A DNA stretch of 64,000 nucleotides, from assembly GCA_030682655.1 (NCBI GenBank), contig JAUXNU010000127.1, forward strand, positions 14,597 to 78,596, in the 5' to 3' direction. The position numbers and the translations under genes were made by a program. The notes beneath the pieces were generated by a model that was not told the origin of the DNA, did not search any database, and was given only the letters and a program-made list of their open reading frames with translations. Origin of the DNA: Actinomycetota bacterium (GTDB taxonomy: Bacteria; Actinomycetota; Coriobacteriia; Anaerosomatales; JAUXNU01). Numbering within the stretch: position 1 is the stretch's first letter; the number at the start of each line of letters is the position of its first letter. Shown one piece after another: positions 17,850-26,956 of the stretch.

Positions 17850-19193
17850 ATGTTTGAGAAGATCCTGATTGCGAACAGGGGTGAAGTCGCGCTGCGCGCG
17901 ATTCGAGCGTGTCGCGAAATGGGCGTGGCTACCGTAGCGGTCTATTCCGAAGCTGATCGTGACTCCCTGCACACGCGCATGGCCGACGAGGCCGTGTGCA
18001 TCGGTCCTCCGCCCTCGACGCAGAGCTATCTGAGTATGCCCAACATCATCTCGGCGGCGGTCACGACGGGTGCACAGGCGGTTCATCCCGGCTACGGGTT
18101 TCTCGCGGAGAACGCGGCGTTCGCCCGCGCTGTCGCGGACTCCGGGCTGGTGTTCATCGGCCCGTCGCCTGAGGCCATCGAGCGGATGGGCGACAAGGCG
18201 GTGGCCCGACAGACGATGATGGCGGCCGGCGTGCCCTGCGTTCCCGGCAGCGAAGGTCCCGTCGCGACGGCCGCGGAAGCGCTCACCTTCGCCGAGGAAG
18301 TGGGGTTCCCGGTGCTTATCAAGGCCTCGGCGGGCGGAGGCGGCAAGGGCATGCGCGTCGCCGAGAGCGCCGGTGAGCTTGAGTCGAACTTCACGGCGGC
18401 CAAGACAGAAGCCGCTGCGGCGTTCGGCAATGACGTCGTCTACATCGAGAAGTACCTGACGCGCACTCGACACATCGAGATGCAGGTACTTGCCGACACC
18501 CATGGCAATGCGATCCACCTGTTCGAACGGGATTGCTCGGTTCAGCGGCGCCACCAGAAGCTCATCGAGGAAGCGCCATCCACGGCTCTCACCCCTGAGC
18601 TTCGTGCGGCAATGGGTGACGCGGCCCTTCTTGCGGTGAGGGCGGTTGACTACGTGAACGCAGGCACCGTTGAGTTTCTGCTCGACACGGACGGCTCGTT
18701 CTACTTCATGGAGATGAACACGCGGGTGCAGGTCGAGCACCCGGTCACCGAGCAGGTCACGGGCGTCGACATCATCAAGGAGCAGCTGCGCATCGCGGCC
18801 GGAGAGCCGATGCGACATGCGCGTCAGGAGGACGTCATTCTGCGCGGGCACGCTATCGAGTTCCGCATCAACGCCGAGGACCCGGAGCACAACTTCCGTC
18901 CGCATCCGGGCGAGGTCAGACTTTACAATCCTCCCGGCGGCTTCGGTGTACGCGTGGACAGCCACCTGTACTCGGGCTACACGGTTCCTCCGTACTACGA
19001 TTCTCTCCTTGGCAAGCTGATCGTGTGGGGTGAAACGCGCGAGGACGCCATCGCGCGGGCTCGGAGGGCGCTCGATGAGTTCATCATCGTTGGAATCCCG
19101 ACGACGATCCCGTTCCATCAAGCAGTAATCGAGATCGACGCGTTCCAGCGCGGCGACGTATATACTGATTTCGTCGAAACGTACATGTCGTAG
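17850..19193 (+). CDS. accC: Biotin carboxylase (AccC / pyruvate carboxylase subunit A)
   Basis: Internal ATG at 17850. MFEKILIANRGEVALRAIRACREMG, ATP-grasp GGGGKGMRV, and NTRVQVEHPVTE. Confidence 0.88.
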   Translation: MFEKILIANRGEVALRAIRACREMGVATVAVYSEADRDSLHTRMADEAVCIGPPPSTQSYLSMPNIISAAVTTGAQAVHPGYGFLAENAAFARAVADSGLVFIGPSPEAIERMGDKAVARQTMMAAGVPCVPGSEGPVATAAEALTFAEEVGFPVLIKASAGGGGKGMRVAESAGELESNFTAAKTEAAAAFGNDVVYIEKYLTRTRHIEMQVLADTHGNAIHLFERDCSVQRRHQKLIEEAPSTALTPELRAAMGDAALLAVRAVDYVNAGTVEFLLDTDGSFYFMEMNTRVQVEHPVTEQVTGVDIIKEQLRIAAGEPMRHARQEDVILRGHAIEFRINAEDPEHNFRPHPGEVRLYNPPGGFGVRVDSHLYSGYTVPPYYDSLLGKLIVWGETREDAIARARRALDEFIIVGIPTTIPFHQAVIEIDAFQRGDVYTDFVETYMS

Positions 19194-19227
19194 CGACCGG
19201 CATTGACCGCGAGATGAGGTGCACTGG

Positions 19228-19581
19228 ATGTCCGAAGAGATCAGGCTGGACGGCCTTGGCCTTGCGCCCGGTGTTCTCGAGACTATCGTGACCCTCGCTG
19301 CCAAGAGTGTGGAGGGCGTGGCATGCATATGCGGTCATGGCCTGGCCGGTCTTGCCCAGAAGGCCGTCAGCAAGCCAGGCAAGGCACCGAAGCCCGTGGA
19401 GATTCAGGTAGAAGACGGATCCGTTTCGGTTGCGCTGCACGTTGAATTCGACTACGGCAAGCCCTTGAGGGCCGTAGCTGTCGCCGTGCAGGAAGCGGTT
19501 GCGGACGCCGTTCGCAACCAGGTCGGCGTGCCGGTGCGCGCGGTCAATGTCTTCGTGGACGGCATCGTTTTCAAGGGCTGA
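19228..19581 (+). CDS. Asp23/Gls24-family envelope stress protein
   Basis: ~117 aa. GLAPGVLETIVTLAAKSVEGVA N-terminal pattern typical of Asp23. Sits between accC and nusB, as in Firmicutes. Confidence 0.8.
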   Translation: MSEEIRLDGLGLAPGVLETIVTLAAKSVEGVACICGHGLAGLAQKAVSKPGKAPKPVEIQVEDGSVSVALHVEFDYGKPLRAVAVAVQEAVADAVRNQVGVPVRAVNVFVDGIVFKG

Positions 19582-19615
19582 CAAGCCCCCGAGCAGATCG
19601 GCGTCCAAATCAGAC

Positions 19616-20050
19616 ATGCTTGAGCGCACGCGGGCCAGACGACAGGCTCTTCAGATCCTCTATCAGCGAGAGATCACCGGCGACGATGTCGGGCAGATCT
19701 TGGAGCATCGCTCATACAGCGCCGAGGACGGCGAACCCTCGGCGTTTTGCACGTCTCTGGTTGAGGGTGTCGAAGCCAATCTCGATGAGATCGACGAGCA
19801 GTTGTCCGCGATTTCGGAACACTGGACCGTTCTGAGAATGCCCCTGGTCGATCGCAACATCCTGCGGCTGGCGGTGTATGAGATACTTCATGTCGACGAC
19901 ATTCCGGATTCGGTCTCGATCAACGAAGCGGTCGAGATGGCTAAGACCTACGGTGGCGAAGACTCGTCAAAGTTCGTCAACGGAGTCCTTGGCCGGCTGG
20001 CGGAGATTCGAGTGACTCGCGAGACGGGAGACTCCGGCGAGGATGGCTGA
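19616..20050 (+). CDS. nusB: Transcription antitermination factor NusB
   Basis: Internal ATG at 19616. RTRARRQALQILYQ and LVDRNILRLAVYEIL motifs. Confidence 0.9.
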   Translation: MLERTRARRQALQILYQREITGDDVGQILEHRSYSAEDGEPSAFCTSLVEGVEANLDEIDEQLSAISEHWTVLRMPLVDRNILRLAVYEILHVDDIPDSVSINEAVEMAKTYGGEDSSKFVNGVLGRLAEIRVTRETGDSGEDG

Positions 20051-20390
20051 CGAGAAGCACACATTTGCGGGTACGAGGACGCGTCTGGAGGAGATCGTCG
20101 TCCAAGTTCGCAAGAAGGACACCTCACTCGAACAGAGCCTCGATCTTCTCGAGGAGGGCGTTCGCCTGGCGAATGTCTGCACCGAGCTGTCCGACCATAC
20201 CGAGTGGCGATCAGTGGTCGATGACGCGTCCGACTCGACGGTTCCGATGGGGGACGATCTGGTCGATGGCGCGCAGTCGCTCGATGCGAATACGGAGACC
20301 GGCGCCGACGAGGGCGAGCCGGACGTGGAGGCCGACGACGATGGGGTGGGTCACACTGTGCCGGCTGTCGGGAACGAGGCAGGCGAGTAA
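20043..20390 (+). CDS. xseB: Exodeoxyribonuclease VII small subunit with a long acidic C-terminal tail
   Basis: 115 aa. FAGTRTRLEEIVVQVRKKDTSLEQSLDLLEEGVRLANVC is an XseB helical-hairpin pattern. 8-nt overlap with the nusB stop. The tail is D/E-rich. Confidence 0.75.
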   Translation: MADEKHTFAGTRTRLEEIVVQVRKKDTSLEQSLDLLEEGVRLANVCTELSDHTEWRSVVDDASDSTVPMGDDLVDGAQSLDANTETGADEGEPDVEADDDGVGHTVPAVGNEAGE

Positions 20391-20500
20391 CGCGCCGTTG
20401 ACCGGCTTGCGGGTCCGCTCGATTCGAGCGAACGGGGGGTCTATGCTGGTTCGTAGATCGGCGGTTCCCACGACCACTTGCATGTGGAGATGAAGACCAC

Positions 20501-22450
20501 TTGAGTTCCGAGCGAATTCTTGACACCATACACACCCCTGATGACCTGCGTGAACTCGACGCGGAAGCGCTCAGTACCCTGGCTCGGGAGATTCGCGAGA
20601 TGCTGGTGAACACGGTCTCGGAGACAGGTGGTCATCTGGCGCCCAACCTGGGTGTCGTAGAGCTCACAATCGGGATGCATCGGGCATTGAACTGCCCGTA
20701 CGACAAGATAATCTGGGACGTCGGGCATCAGTCCTACGTGCACAAACTGCTGACAGGCAGGCGCGATTCATTCAGTACGCTGCGTCAGTACGGTGGCATA
20801 TGTGGCTTTCCGAAACGGGCAGAGAGCGCGTTCGACACTTTCGACACCGGGCACGCGTCCAACTCGCTGTCTGTCGCGCTTGGCCTCGCTGCGGCCCGGG
20901 ATGCGCACGGTGGCAAGGAGCACGTCGTCGCGGTCATCGGCGACGGATCGATGACCGGCGGAATGGCGTTCGAGGCGCTGAATCACATGGGTCATCTCGG
21001 CGCCCGCGTCATCATCATCCTGAACGACAACGAGATGTCGATCGCTCAGAACGTGGGTGCGCTAGCGTCGTATCTCGCTCGCGTTCGTCTCGACCCTCGC
21101 TACAACCGGCTTCGTGATGATGTTGAGAGCGCTCTCGGCAAGACGAGACTCGGTGCGGCGATGGTCGCTGCCGGTGAAGCTGCCAAGGAGTCCGTCAAGC
21201 AGCTGATCGTACCGGGCATGCTCTTCGAGGAACTCGGACTGAAGTACGTCGGCCCCATCGACGGGCATGACGTGGCAGCGGTGCAGTCCGCGGTCGCGCG
21301 GGCGAAACAGGTTGATGGACCCGTGATCATACATGCGGTGACGCGCAAGGGTGCCGGCTACGCGCATGCCGAGGACAAGCCAGACACGTTCCACGGAATC
21401 AGTCCGTTCTCAGTAGAGACCGGCGAGGTCAACGGATCAGACGGTCCTCTCACGTACACGGAAGCCTTCGGCCAGTCGATCATCTCCGAGGCTGGTCGTG
21501 ACGAACGTATCGTCGCCATCACCGCCGCAATGCCCGCCGGAACCGGTCTCGACCGCTTCGCGGAGGCCTTTCCGGACCGCTTCTACGATGTCGGGATTGC
21601 CGAGCAGCACGCAGTGGGGCTCGCCGCCGGGCTTGCGCTCGGTGGCCGGCTTCCGGTGGTGGCCATCTACTCGACCTTCCTGCAACGTGCGTACGACCAG
21701 GTCATCATGGATGTCGCCCTTCAGGACCTTCACGTGGTCTTCTGTCTTGATCGGGCAGGGCTGGTTGGGGAGGACGGCCCTACGCACCACGGTGTGTTCG
21801 ACCTGACGTATCTGCGAGCCGTGCCCAACCTGATGATCCTCGCACCGGCCGATGAGGCCGAGCTTGCCAACATGCTGCACACTGCTCTGCTGGCCGATGG
21901 ACCGGTGGCGATCCGCTATCCCCGTGGCAAGGGGACGGGTGTCGGTCTGCCCGATGAGCCGGTTGTTCTCGAGGCCGGTCGTGCGGAGATCCGGAGAACC
22001 GGTACAGATGTCGCTCTGCTCGCCATCGGCAGGATGGTCAAGACTGCGCAGCAGGCCGCGGAGCTTCTCGCCGAGGGCGCGGTCGAGGCGAGCGTCGTGA
22101 ACATGCGTTGGCTCAAGCCGTTGGACCTGGAGACGATCTCATGGGCGGCGGCGAACCATGACCTGGTGGTGACAATTGAGGAGAATACCGGTCAGGGGGG
22201 CATGGGCTCCGCTGTTCTCGAGGCGCTTTCGGACCTCGGAACTGAGATTCCCGTGCAGCGCCTGTCGATTCCCGACTGCTTTGTCACCCACGGGGCGATG
22301 GACAAGCTCCTGGCGGAGGTCGGGCTCACGCCGGATGGGATACGGGGGGCGGTCCTTGGCAGGTTGATGGGCCTGGGACGGGACGGCACGTCCGAAACCG
22401 TTTGGAGTGGAACCGATGACGCGACGCCGAGCCGACGTCGTCATCGTTGA
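20501..22450 (+). CDS. dxs: 1-deoxy-D-xylulose-5-phosphate synthase
   Basis: 649 aa, TTG start. GHASNSLSVALG and ThDP motif GDGSMTGGMAFEALN. Confidence 0.95.
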   Translation: MSSERILDTIHTPDDLRELDAEALSTLAREIREMLVNTVSETGGHLAPNLGVVELTIGMHRALNCPYDKIIWDVGHQSYVHKLLTGRRDSFSTLRQYGGICGFPKRAESAFDTFDTGHASNSLSVALGLAAARDAHGGKEHVVAVIGDGSMTGGMAFEALNHMGHLGARVIIILNDNEMSIAQNVGALASYLARVRLDPRYNRLRDDVESALGKTRLGAAMVAAGEAAKESVKQLIVPGMLFEELGLKYVGPIDGHDVAAVQSAVARAKQVDGPVIIHAVTRKGAGYAHAEDKPDTFHGISPFSVETGEVNGSDGPLTYTEAFGQSIISEAGRDERIVAITAAMPAGTGLDRFAEAFPDRFYDVGIAEQHAVGLAAGLALGGRLPVVAIYSTFLQRAYDQVIMDVALQDLHVVFCLDRAGLVGEDGPTHHGVFDLTYLRAVPNLMILAPADEAELANMLHTALLADGPVAIRYPRGKGTGVGLPDEPVVLEAGRAEIRRTGTDVALLAIGRMVKTAQQAAELLAEGAVEASVVNMRWLKPLDLETISWAAANHDLVVTIEENTGQGGMGSAVLEALSDLGTEIPVQRLSIPDCFVTHGAMDKLLAEVGLTPDGIRGAVLGRLMGLGRDGTSETVWSGTDDATPSRRRHR

Positions 22451-23210
22451 GCGCGGGCTCGTCGCGTCGCGGGAGCGCGCGCGGGCCGCGATCATGGCCG
22501 GCGAGGTCCGCGTCGGTGATGAACCGGTGACCAAGGCCGGTCAGCTGATCGATGACAACGCAGAGATCGAGATACGCCGCCACGCTGACTACGTGTCCCG
22601 CGGCGGGCAGAAGCTGGAAGGCGCGTTCCGCGTGTTCGGAATCGACCCGCGAGACGCTCGGGCAGTGGACGTGGGCGCATCGACCGGAGGTTTCACGGAC
22701 TACCTGCTTCAGCACGGCGCAGAGCACGTGTGTGCCATCGATGTCGGGTATGGGCAGCTGGCATGGTCACTGCGCCAGGATCCCCGAGTGTCGGTGTTCG
22801 AGCGAACCAACATCCGCACGGCTGAGCCGGATGATGTGGGAGCGCCGTTCGATCTGGCGGTCGTGGATGTGTCTTTCATCAGTGTCGGGAAAGTGCTGCA
22901 CAAGGTGTGTTCGATGCTTCGACCGGGTGGTCAACTCGTGGCGTTGGTAAAACCTCAGTTTGAGGCCGGTAAGGGTCGTGTGGGAAAACGTGGAGTGGTC
23001 CGCGAACCTGCGATCCACGAGGAGGTGCTCGAACGGGTCCTTGGCGCGGTTCGAGAAGAAGGTCTTGTCCCCCTCGGACTGACATGGTCGCCTATCACGG
23101 GGCCCGAAGGTAACATTGAGTTCTGGATATGGGCGTCAGATGACGGTGAGGAAGTGGGCGTGTCCGTTTCGGAGGTCGTCGGGGCTGCTCACCGGGAGCT
23201 GGGGAGATAG
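22416..23210 (+). CDS. tlyA: TlyA-family rRNA 2'-O-ribose methyltransferase (S4 + FtsJ domains)
   Basis: RRRADVVIVERGLVASRERA (S4-like) and SAM motif DVGASTGGFTDYLL. ATG 22416 lies 8 nt after GGAG; GTG 22407 is the alternative. Confidence 0.85.
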   Translation: MTRRRADVVIVERGLVASRERARAAIMAGEVRVGDEPVTKAGQLIDDNAEIEIRRHADYVSRGGQKLEGAFRVFGIDPRDARAVDVGASTGGFTDYLLQHGAEHVCAIDVGYGQLAWSLRQDPRVSVFERTNIRTAEPDDVGAPFDLAVVDVSFISVGKVLHKVCSMLRPGGQLVALVKPQFEAGKGRVGKRGVVREPAIHEEVLERVLGAVREEGLVPLGLTWSPITGPEGNIEFWIWASDDGEEVGVSVSEVVGAAHRELGR

Positions 23211-24058
23211 TGCGCGTACTCATTGTTCCGAATGCGGGTAATTCGGTCGCGCTCGCTTCGGCGCGCGAGGTCGTGGCGTCGCTTGCGGCGGGAGGGTTCG
23301 ACCCCGTCCTCACCAGCGATGATGCCGAGGCTTCAGGACTGAAGGACTTCGGGGTCCCGGTCACTGAGATCGGAGAGCCCGGGCTGGTTGTCTCTCTCGG
23401 CGGCGATGGGACGATACTGAAGGCCGTCCACCTGCTCGGTCCGATCGAAGTGCCGATCCTTGGCGTGAACATGGGCAAGCTCGGCTTCCTCACCGGTGCG
23501 CCCTCGGAGGGGCTGCACGATGCCGTGGCGTCGGCCTTGGCAGGGGAAGGGCAGATCGAGCGACGCGAGACACTCGAGGCGATCGTCGTCATGGGTGGCC
23601 GGGAGGTCGGGCGCTATCGCGCCCTGAACGAGGTCTTCGTGGGACGCGGGGCGTCTGGTCGCGTGATCGAAGTATCCCTCTCTGTGAGTGGTACGCCGAT
23701 GATGTCTTTCACCGGCGATGGTGTTATCGTCGCGACCCCAACGGGATCGACCGCATATGCGCTTTCGGCCGGAGGGCCGATCGTGTCACCCTCGGTTCCG
23801 TGCAACGTGGTCGTTCCCGTCGCGCCTCACACGCTGACGACGCGCTCGATGGTGATCGGTTCATCCGACGTCGTCGAGATTCGCTTGCCGGATCCCGCAC
23901 GGCGCGACGGTTGCGTCTCCGTGGACGGCGAGTTGACCCCTTGTCGTAGAGACATAGAATCGGTGACCGTGTGTCGAAGCGAGAGTGACGTCCTGCTCGT
24001 GAAGCTCGATGGACGTGACTTCTATGAGGTTGCTGCTGCCGAGTTCCTCGGAGGCTAG
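23210..24058 (+). CDS. nadK: NAD kinase
   Basis: 282 aa. GGDGTILKA, NEVFVGR and GDGVIVATPTGSTAYALSAGGPIV motifs. Confidence 0.9.
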   Translation: MRVLIVPNAGNSVALASAREVVASLAAGGFDPVLTSDDAEASGLKDFGVPVTEIGEPGLVVSLGGDGTILKAVHLLGPIEVPILGVNMGKLGFLTGAPSEGLHDAVASALAGEGQIERRETLEAIVVMGGREVGRYRALNEVFVGRGASGRVIEVSLSVSGTPMMSFTGDGVIVATPTGSTAYALSAGGPIVSPSVPCNVVVPVAPHTLTTRSMVIGSSDVVEIRLPDPARRDGCVSVDGELTPCRRDIESVTVCRSESDVLLVKLDGRDFYEVAAAEFLGG

Positions 24059-24060
24059 AC

Positions 24061-25683
24061 GTGCTCGAGGAGCTTCATGTGCGTGATCTTGCACTCATCG
24101 AGGACGTGCGTCTTGAGTTTGGGCCGGGCATGACCGTGCTCACCGGGGAGACCGGGGCTGGGAAGACCGCGCTGGTTGGTGCTCTCAAGCTGCTCGTCGG
24201 GGAGCGTGCCGATTCGACGCTCGTGCGTGCGGGGGCGCAGGAAGCGCTGGTCGAGGGGCGGGTCGTCGGCACTGACGGCGAACTGGTCGCGGTCAGGAAG
24301 GTGAGCGCCGACGGGAGATCAAGGTGCTGGATCGACGGGGGCATGGCGACCGTGGGTCAGCTCGCCGAGGGCCTTGGCCCGCACTTCGACCTGCATGGAC
24401 AGCACGAGCACCAGGCCCTTCTCTCGCCTCCGCAACACGTCGGCTATCTTGATCGACACATCGGAGAGGCCGCAACGGGGGCTCTCGCGGCCTATCGCGT
24501 CGCACTCGGGGGGTACCGCGACGCGGTGTCGACTCTGCGCCGCCTCGAGTCCGAGTTGGCCGATTCGGAGAGGACGGGCGACTACCTTCGGTTCGTGACC
24601 CGGGAGATCGAGGCCGTTGCGCCGCACCCCGGCGAGGATGCGGAGATCGATCGCAGACTGCCGATGATGGAGCACGGCGAGCGTCTAACGGCGGCGGCAA
24701 GCGAGGCGTTCGCGTCACTTCGATCCGACGGCGGCGCGGGAGACGCGCTTGCTCGCGCGCAGTCCGTGCTGGCCCGTGTTGCGGGGCTCGACCCGGCTCT
24801 CGATTCGCTGACCGACCGGCTTACGGTCGCGCTTGCGGCCGTCGACGACATCGGTGGGGAGATCCGGGACTATGGTGGCGCCATCGAGTACGACCCGGCG
24901 GCACTGAATACCGCACAAGCCCGACTCTCCGCGCTCGCATCGCTCAAGAAGAAGTACGGACCGCACCTGGACGACGTCATCCGGACTGCGGCGGAGTCTG
25001 CGGAGCGGCTCGACCGGCTGGAGTGCGGCGCGTCGAGCCTGGGGGAGGCGCAGGACCGGGTCGCCACGGCGAAAGGAGACCTCGAGGCCGCAGCCGGGCA
25101 GCTTGCGGACGTCAGGGGAAGGGCCGTGCCGGGTTTCGTGAGTGCCCTCGGCGATGCGGTCTCCGATCTCGCTATGGGCGGTGTGCGGTTTGACGTCGGA
25201 ACGGCCGACCTCGCATTCGAAGAATGGACCGAGGACGGGCCGCAGCGAGTGGAGTTTCTCTATGCTCCCGGGTCGGATCAGCCTGCGCGGCCCCTTTCGA
25301 AGATAGCCTCGGGCGGTGAGGTCTCACGGGTCATGCTTGCGATGAAGGGCGTGCTCGGCAAAGCGGATCGGGTGCCGGTACTGGTGTTCGACGAGATCGA
25401 CGCGGGAATCGGAGGCGCGACGGCGGACGCTGTCGGGCGGCGTTTGAGACAGCTTGCCGCGGATCATCAAGTGCTGGTGATAACCCACCTTGCGCAGGTC
25501 GCGGTTCACGGGGACGCGCACATCGTCGTCGAGAAGACCGACGAAGACGGCGCGGTTCGAACGAGGGCCCGCGAGATCGACGAACAAGAGCGCGTGCTGG
25601 AGATCGCGCGCATGCTGTCGGGAAGCGATACGGGAACGAGCAGGGCGCATGCCGAGGAACTTCTGGCGTCAGCCCGGGCATGA
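24061..25683 (+). CDS. recN: DNA repair protein RecN
   Basis: 540 aa. Walker A GETGAGKTALVGAL, a long coiled-coil middle, and C-terminal SGGEVSRVMLA / VLVFDEIDAGIGG. Confidence 0.9.
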   Translation: MLEELHVRDLALIEDVRLEFGPGMTVLTGETGAGKTALVGALKLLVGERADSTLVRAGAQEALVEGRVVGTDGELVAVRKVSADGRSRCWIDGGMATVGQLAEGLGPHFDLHGQHEHQALLSPPQHVGYLDRHIGEAATGALAAYRVALGGYRDAVSTLRRLESELADSERTGDYLRFVTREIEAVAPHPGEDAEIDRRLPMMEHGERLTAAASEAFASLRSDGGAGDALARAQSVLARVAGLDPALDSLTDRLTVALAAVDDIGGEIRDYGGAIEYDPAALNTAQARLSALASLKKKYGPHLDDVIRTAAESAERLDRLECGASSLGEAQDRVATAKGDLEAAAGQLADVRGRAVPGFVSALGDAVSDLAMGGVRFDVGTADLAFEEWTEDGPQRVEFLYAPGSDQPARPLSKIASGGEVSRVMLAMKGVLGKADRVPVLVFDEIDAGIGGATADAVGRRLRQLAADHQVLVITHLAQVAVHGDAHIVVEKTDEDGAVRTRAREIDEQERVLEIARMLSGSDTGTSRAHAEELLASARA

Positions 25684-25721
25684 CGGTGGAGCTCAGCGTT
25701 CACGCGGCCTGCGCATGCTTC

Positions 25722-25730
25722 TGGTAGAAT
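25722..25730 (+). promoter_or_regulatory. Putative extended -10 element (TGgTAGAAT) upstream of steA
   Basis: TGGTAGAAT in the recN-steA gap, ~72 nt upstream of the steA start. No convincing -35. Confidence 0.3.
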
Positions 25731-25801
25731 CGCGGGTCAGCCGTTTCTGACGGGCGGGGTTCGTCGGTTCGGACGGGCCGTACCTGTCTTGTACGTGGGG
25801 T

Positions 25802-26929
25802 GTGGAGATGCGACATCAGGGCACGGCCCGGCTGGACAAGCGGACGAAGGACCTCGTCAAGAGGCTTGGCAGGGACGACATCGCGATCATCGACCACGTC
25901 GATATGGATCGCGTGAGTGCTGAATCGCTGCTCGAGACCGGGACAGAAGTCGTCATCAACGCCGAGAGGTTCATTTCCGGCGTCTACCCGAACGTCGGCC
26001 CGCTCCTGCTCGCTCGTGGCGGAGTGCGCCTGATCGACGATGTCGGCCCAGAGATATTCCAACGCGTGCGCGAGGGCGATGCGATCGATGTTATCGGCAA
26101 TGAGGTCCTTCTTGCGGGAAACGTTGTCGCGCGCGGAACACGCCTCACCGTGGAAACCATCGAAGCTGCCATGGAGCAGGCCAAGGACGGACTCGAGGAA
26201 CAGCTGGACAAGTTCGCGCGCAACACCTTGGAGTACCTGGAGCGGGAGAAGTCGCTTCTCACCGACGGGACGAACGTGCCAGCCACCCGTACCGAGTTGC
26301 ATGGCAGGCATGCACTTGTCGTAGTCCGAGGCTACGACTACAAGGCCGATCTCGACGCACTCAAGCCGTACATCCGCGAGATTCGACCCGCTCTTGTAGG
26401 TGTGGACGGCGGAGCTGATGCGATCATAGAAGCTGGCTTCAAGCCGGACATCATCATCGGGGACATGGACTCGGTCAGCGACGATGCGCTGCTCTCCGGT
26501 GCGGAGATCATCGTGCATGCCTATCCAGACGGGCGTTGCCCCGGCATGGAAAGGCTGGATGCGCTCGGTGTTCGCGGGGTAGCGTGGCCTCTGGCAGCAA
26601 CAAGCGAGGATCTCGCGCTTCTTCTGGCATATGAGTCAGGAGCTGACCTTGTGGTCGCGGTTGGGACTCACGCGAACCTCGTGGAGTATCTTGACAAGGG
26701 GCGCAAAGGGATGGCTTCCACGTTTCTCGTCCGGCTCAAGGTCGGGCCTAAGCTCGTCGACGCGAAAGGCGTCAACAAGCTCTACCGGACATCGGTCGGA
26801 CCAACGGATCTCATGTTGCTTGTGGGTGCGGCTCTTGTTGCGGTGAGCGTGATCGTGATGATCTCGCCCATGGTTCGCCAGATGCTATCGCTGCTCTTGC
26901 TGCGAGTTCGCACGATATTGGGTATCTAG
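25802..26929 (+). CDS. steA: SteA-like putative cytokinetic-ring protein (thiamine-pyrophosphokinase-like domain + C-terminal TM)
   Basis: 375 aa. GTARLDKRTKDLVKRLGRDDIAIIDHVDMD N-terminus and IIGDMDSVSDDAL motif, with a C-terminal hydrophobic helix. The position directly after recN matches actinobacterial steA. Confidence 0.7.
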   Translation: MEMRHQGTARLDKRTKDLVKRLGRDDIAIIDHVDMDRVSAESLLETGTEVVINAERFISGVYPNVGPLLLARGGVRLIDDVGPEIFQRVREGDAIDVIGNEVLLAGNVVARGTRLTVETIEAAMEQAKDGLEEQLDKFARNTLEYLEREKSLLTDGTNVPATRTELHGRHALVVVRGYDYKADLDALKPYIREIRPALVGVDGGADAIIEAGFKPDIIIGDMDSVSDDALLSGAEIIVHAYPDGRCPGMERLDALGVRGVAWPLAATSEDLALLLAYESGADLVVAVGTHANLVEYLDKGRKGMASTFLVRLKVGPKLVDAKGVNKLYRTSVGPTDLMLLVGAALVAVSVIVMISPMVRQMLSLLLLRVRTILGI

Positions 26930-26956
26930 CTACCTCAGACGACGAGGAGTCGCTGC

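Noticed and set aside
17826-19328. 500-aa ORF on the - strand exactly opposite accC
   Set aside because: This is a shadow frame typical of GC-rich DNA, where antisense frames have few stops. The translation is Arg/His/Gly/Asp-rich with no motifs, while the + frame carries unmistakable biotin carboxylase signatures.
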